This document shows, piece by piece, positions 63,763 to 64,000 of a stretch of 64,000 nt of DNA (position 1 is the first letter of the stretch; every line of letters starts with the position of its first letter). The notes beneath the pieces were generated by a model. The model was given only the letters and a program-made list of their open reading frames with translations, was not told the DNA's origin and did not search any database. The DNA is taken from contig CAAECB010000034.1 of the NCBI GenBank assembly GCA_900754285.1, positions 3,458 through 67,457 of the forward strand, written 5' to 3'. A program made the translations under genes and the position numbers. The stretch comes from Clostridia bacterium. GTDB lineage: Bacteria; Bacillota; Clostridia; TANB77; CAG-508.

Positions 63763-64000
63763 TTCATTCCCTCCAAAATAATGTCAATATTATTTTGTCT
63801 ATCATTTTCTGCATCAATCCATATTGTATGTTTATTTTTTCTAAACCAAGTCATTTGTCTTTTAGCATATCTTCTTGTTTCCTGTTTAATCTTCTCTATC
63901 ATTTCCTCTTTTGTTAATTCTCCATTCAAATACTGAACAACTTCTTTATATCCCAAGCCCTGCATAGCTGTAGGAAAAGTTTCATATTTTTTTAGTATTG
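63759..64000 (-). CDS. miaA: tRNA dimethylallyltransferase, C-terminal part (gene continues beyond window end)
   Basis: LQGLGYKEVVQYL...RRYAKRQMTWFRK is the MiaA C-terminal signature. The reading frame is open to the window edge. Confidence 0.7.
   Translation of the reverse strand, partial: ILKKYETFPTAMQGLGYKEVVQYLNGELTKEEMIEKIKQETRRYAKRQMTWFRKNKHTIWIDAENDRQNNIDIILEGMN

Overview
The window is about 64 kb of a low-GC (visibly AT-rich, roughly 27-30% GC by eye) Firmicutes chromosome. It looks Clostridia-like: a SpoVD/PBP2B-type PBP with PASTA domains, a YjcZ-like tiny sporulation peptide, IreB, DUF1292 and mini-RNase III are present. Nearly all genes lie on the minus strand.

The housekeeping backbone comprises:
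- dprA (two paralogs) and a frameshifted comM
- a PASTA-domain PBP, rnhA and tmcAL
- glycogen phosphorylase, a LemA/TPM pair and a Ca-P-type ATPase
- tRNA-Glu and a tRNA-Val/Asp/Phe cluster
- mrnC, rbgA, ruvX, ireB, fadD-like, folD, adhE and ligA
- a sortase, a HIT protein, a compact alaS and gap
- a GH15 glucoamylase, a beta-CASP RNase and ftsK
- rsmD, divIVA, sepF and partial miaA

The accessory and unusual content is:
1. An integrase plus RhuM integrative-element remnant inserted at the 5' end of rbgA, flanked by an 87-bp direct repeat that duplicates the rbgA start.
2. A dispersed hairpin-repeat family with a perfectly conserved 13-nt loop (TGAGTCCGTCCCC) and covarying stems. Four full and two partial copies all sit in intergenic regions.
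3. A 776-aa protein combining a REC-like N-terminus, two AT-hooks, five tandem D-L-V-M-P-G repeats and a degenerate-P-loop ParA/MinD-like C-terminus. It lies next to a degenerate-GGDEF protein.
4. Fragmented L-fucokinase (Fkp-like) remnants on opposite strands next to the integrase.
5. An unannotated 38-aa Cys/Gly-rich YjcZ-like ORF.
6. Several frameshifted genes (comM, integrase, RhuM copy, HlyD-like).

No CRISPR array or rRNA was seen.
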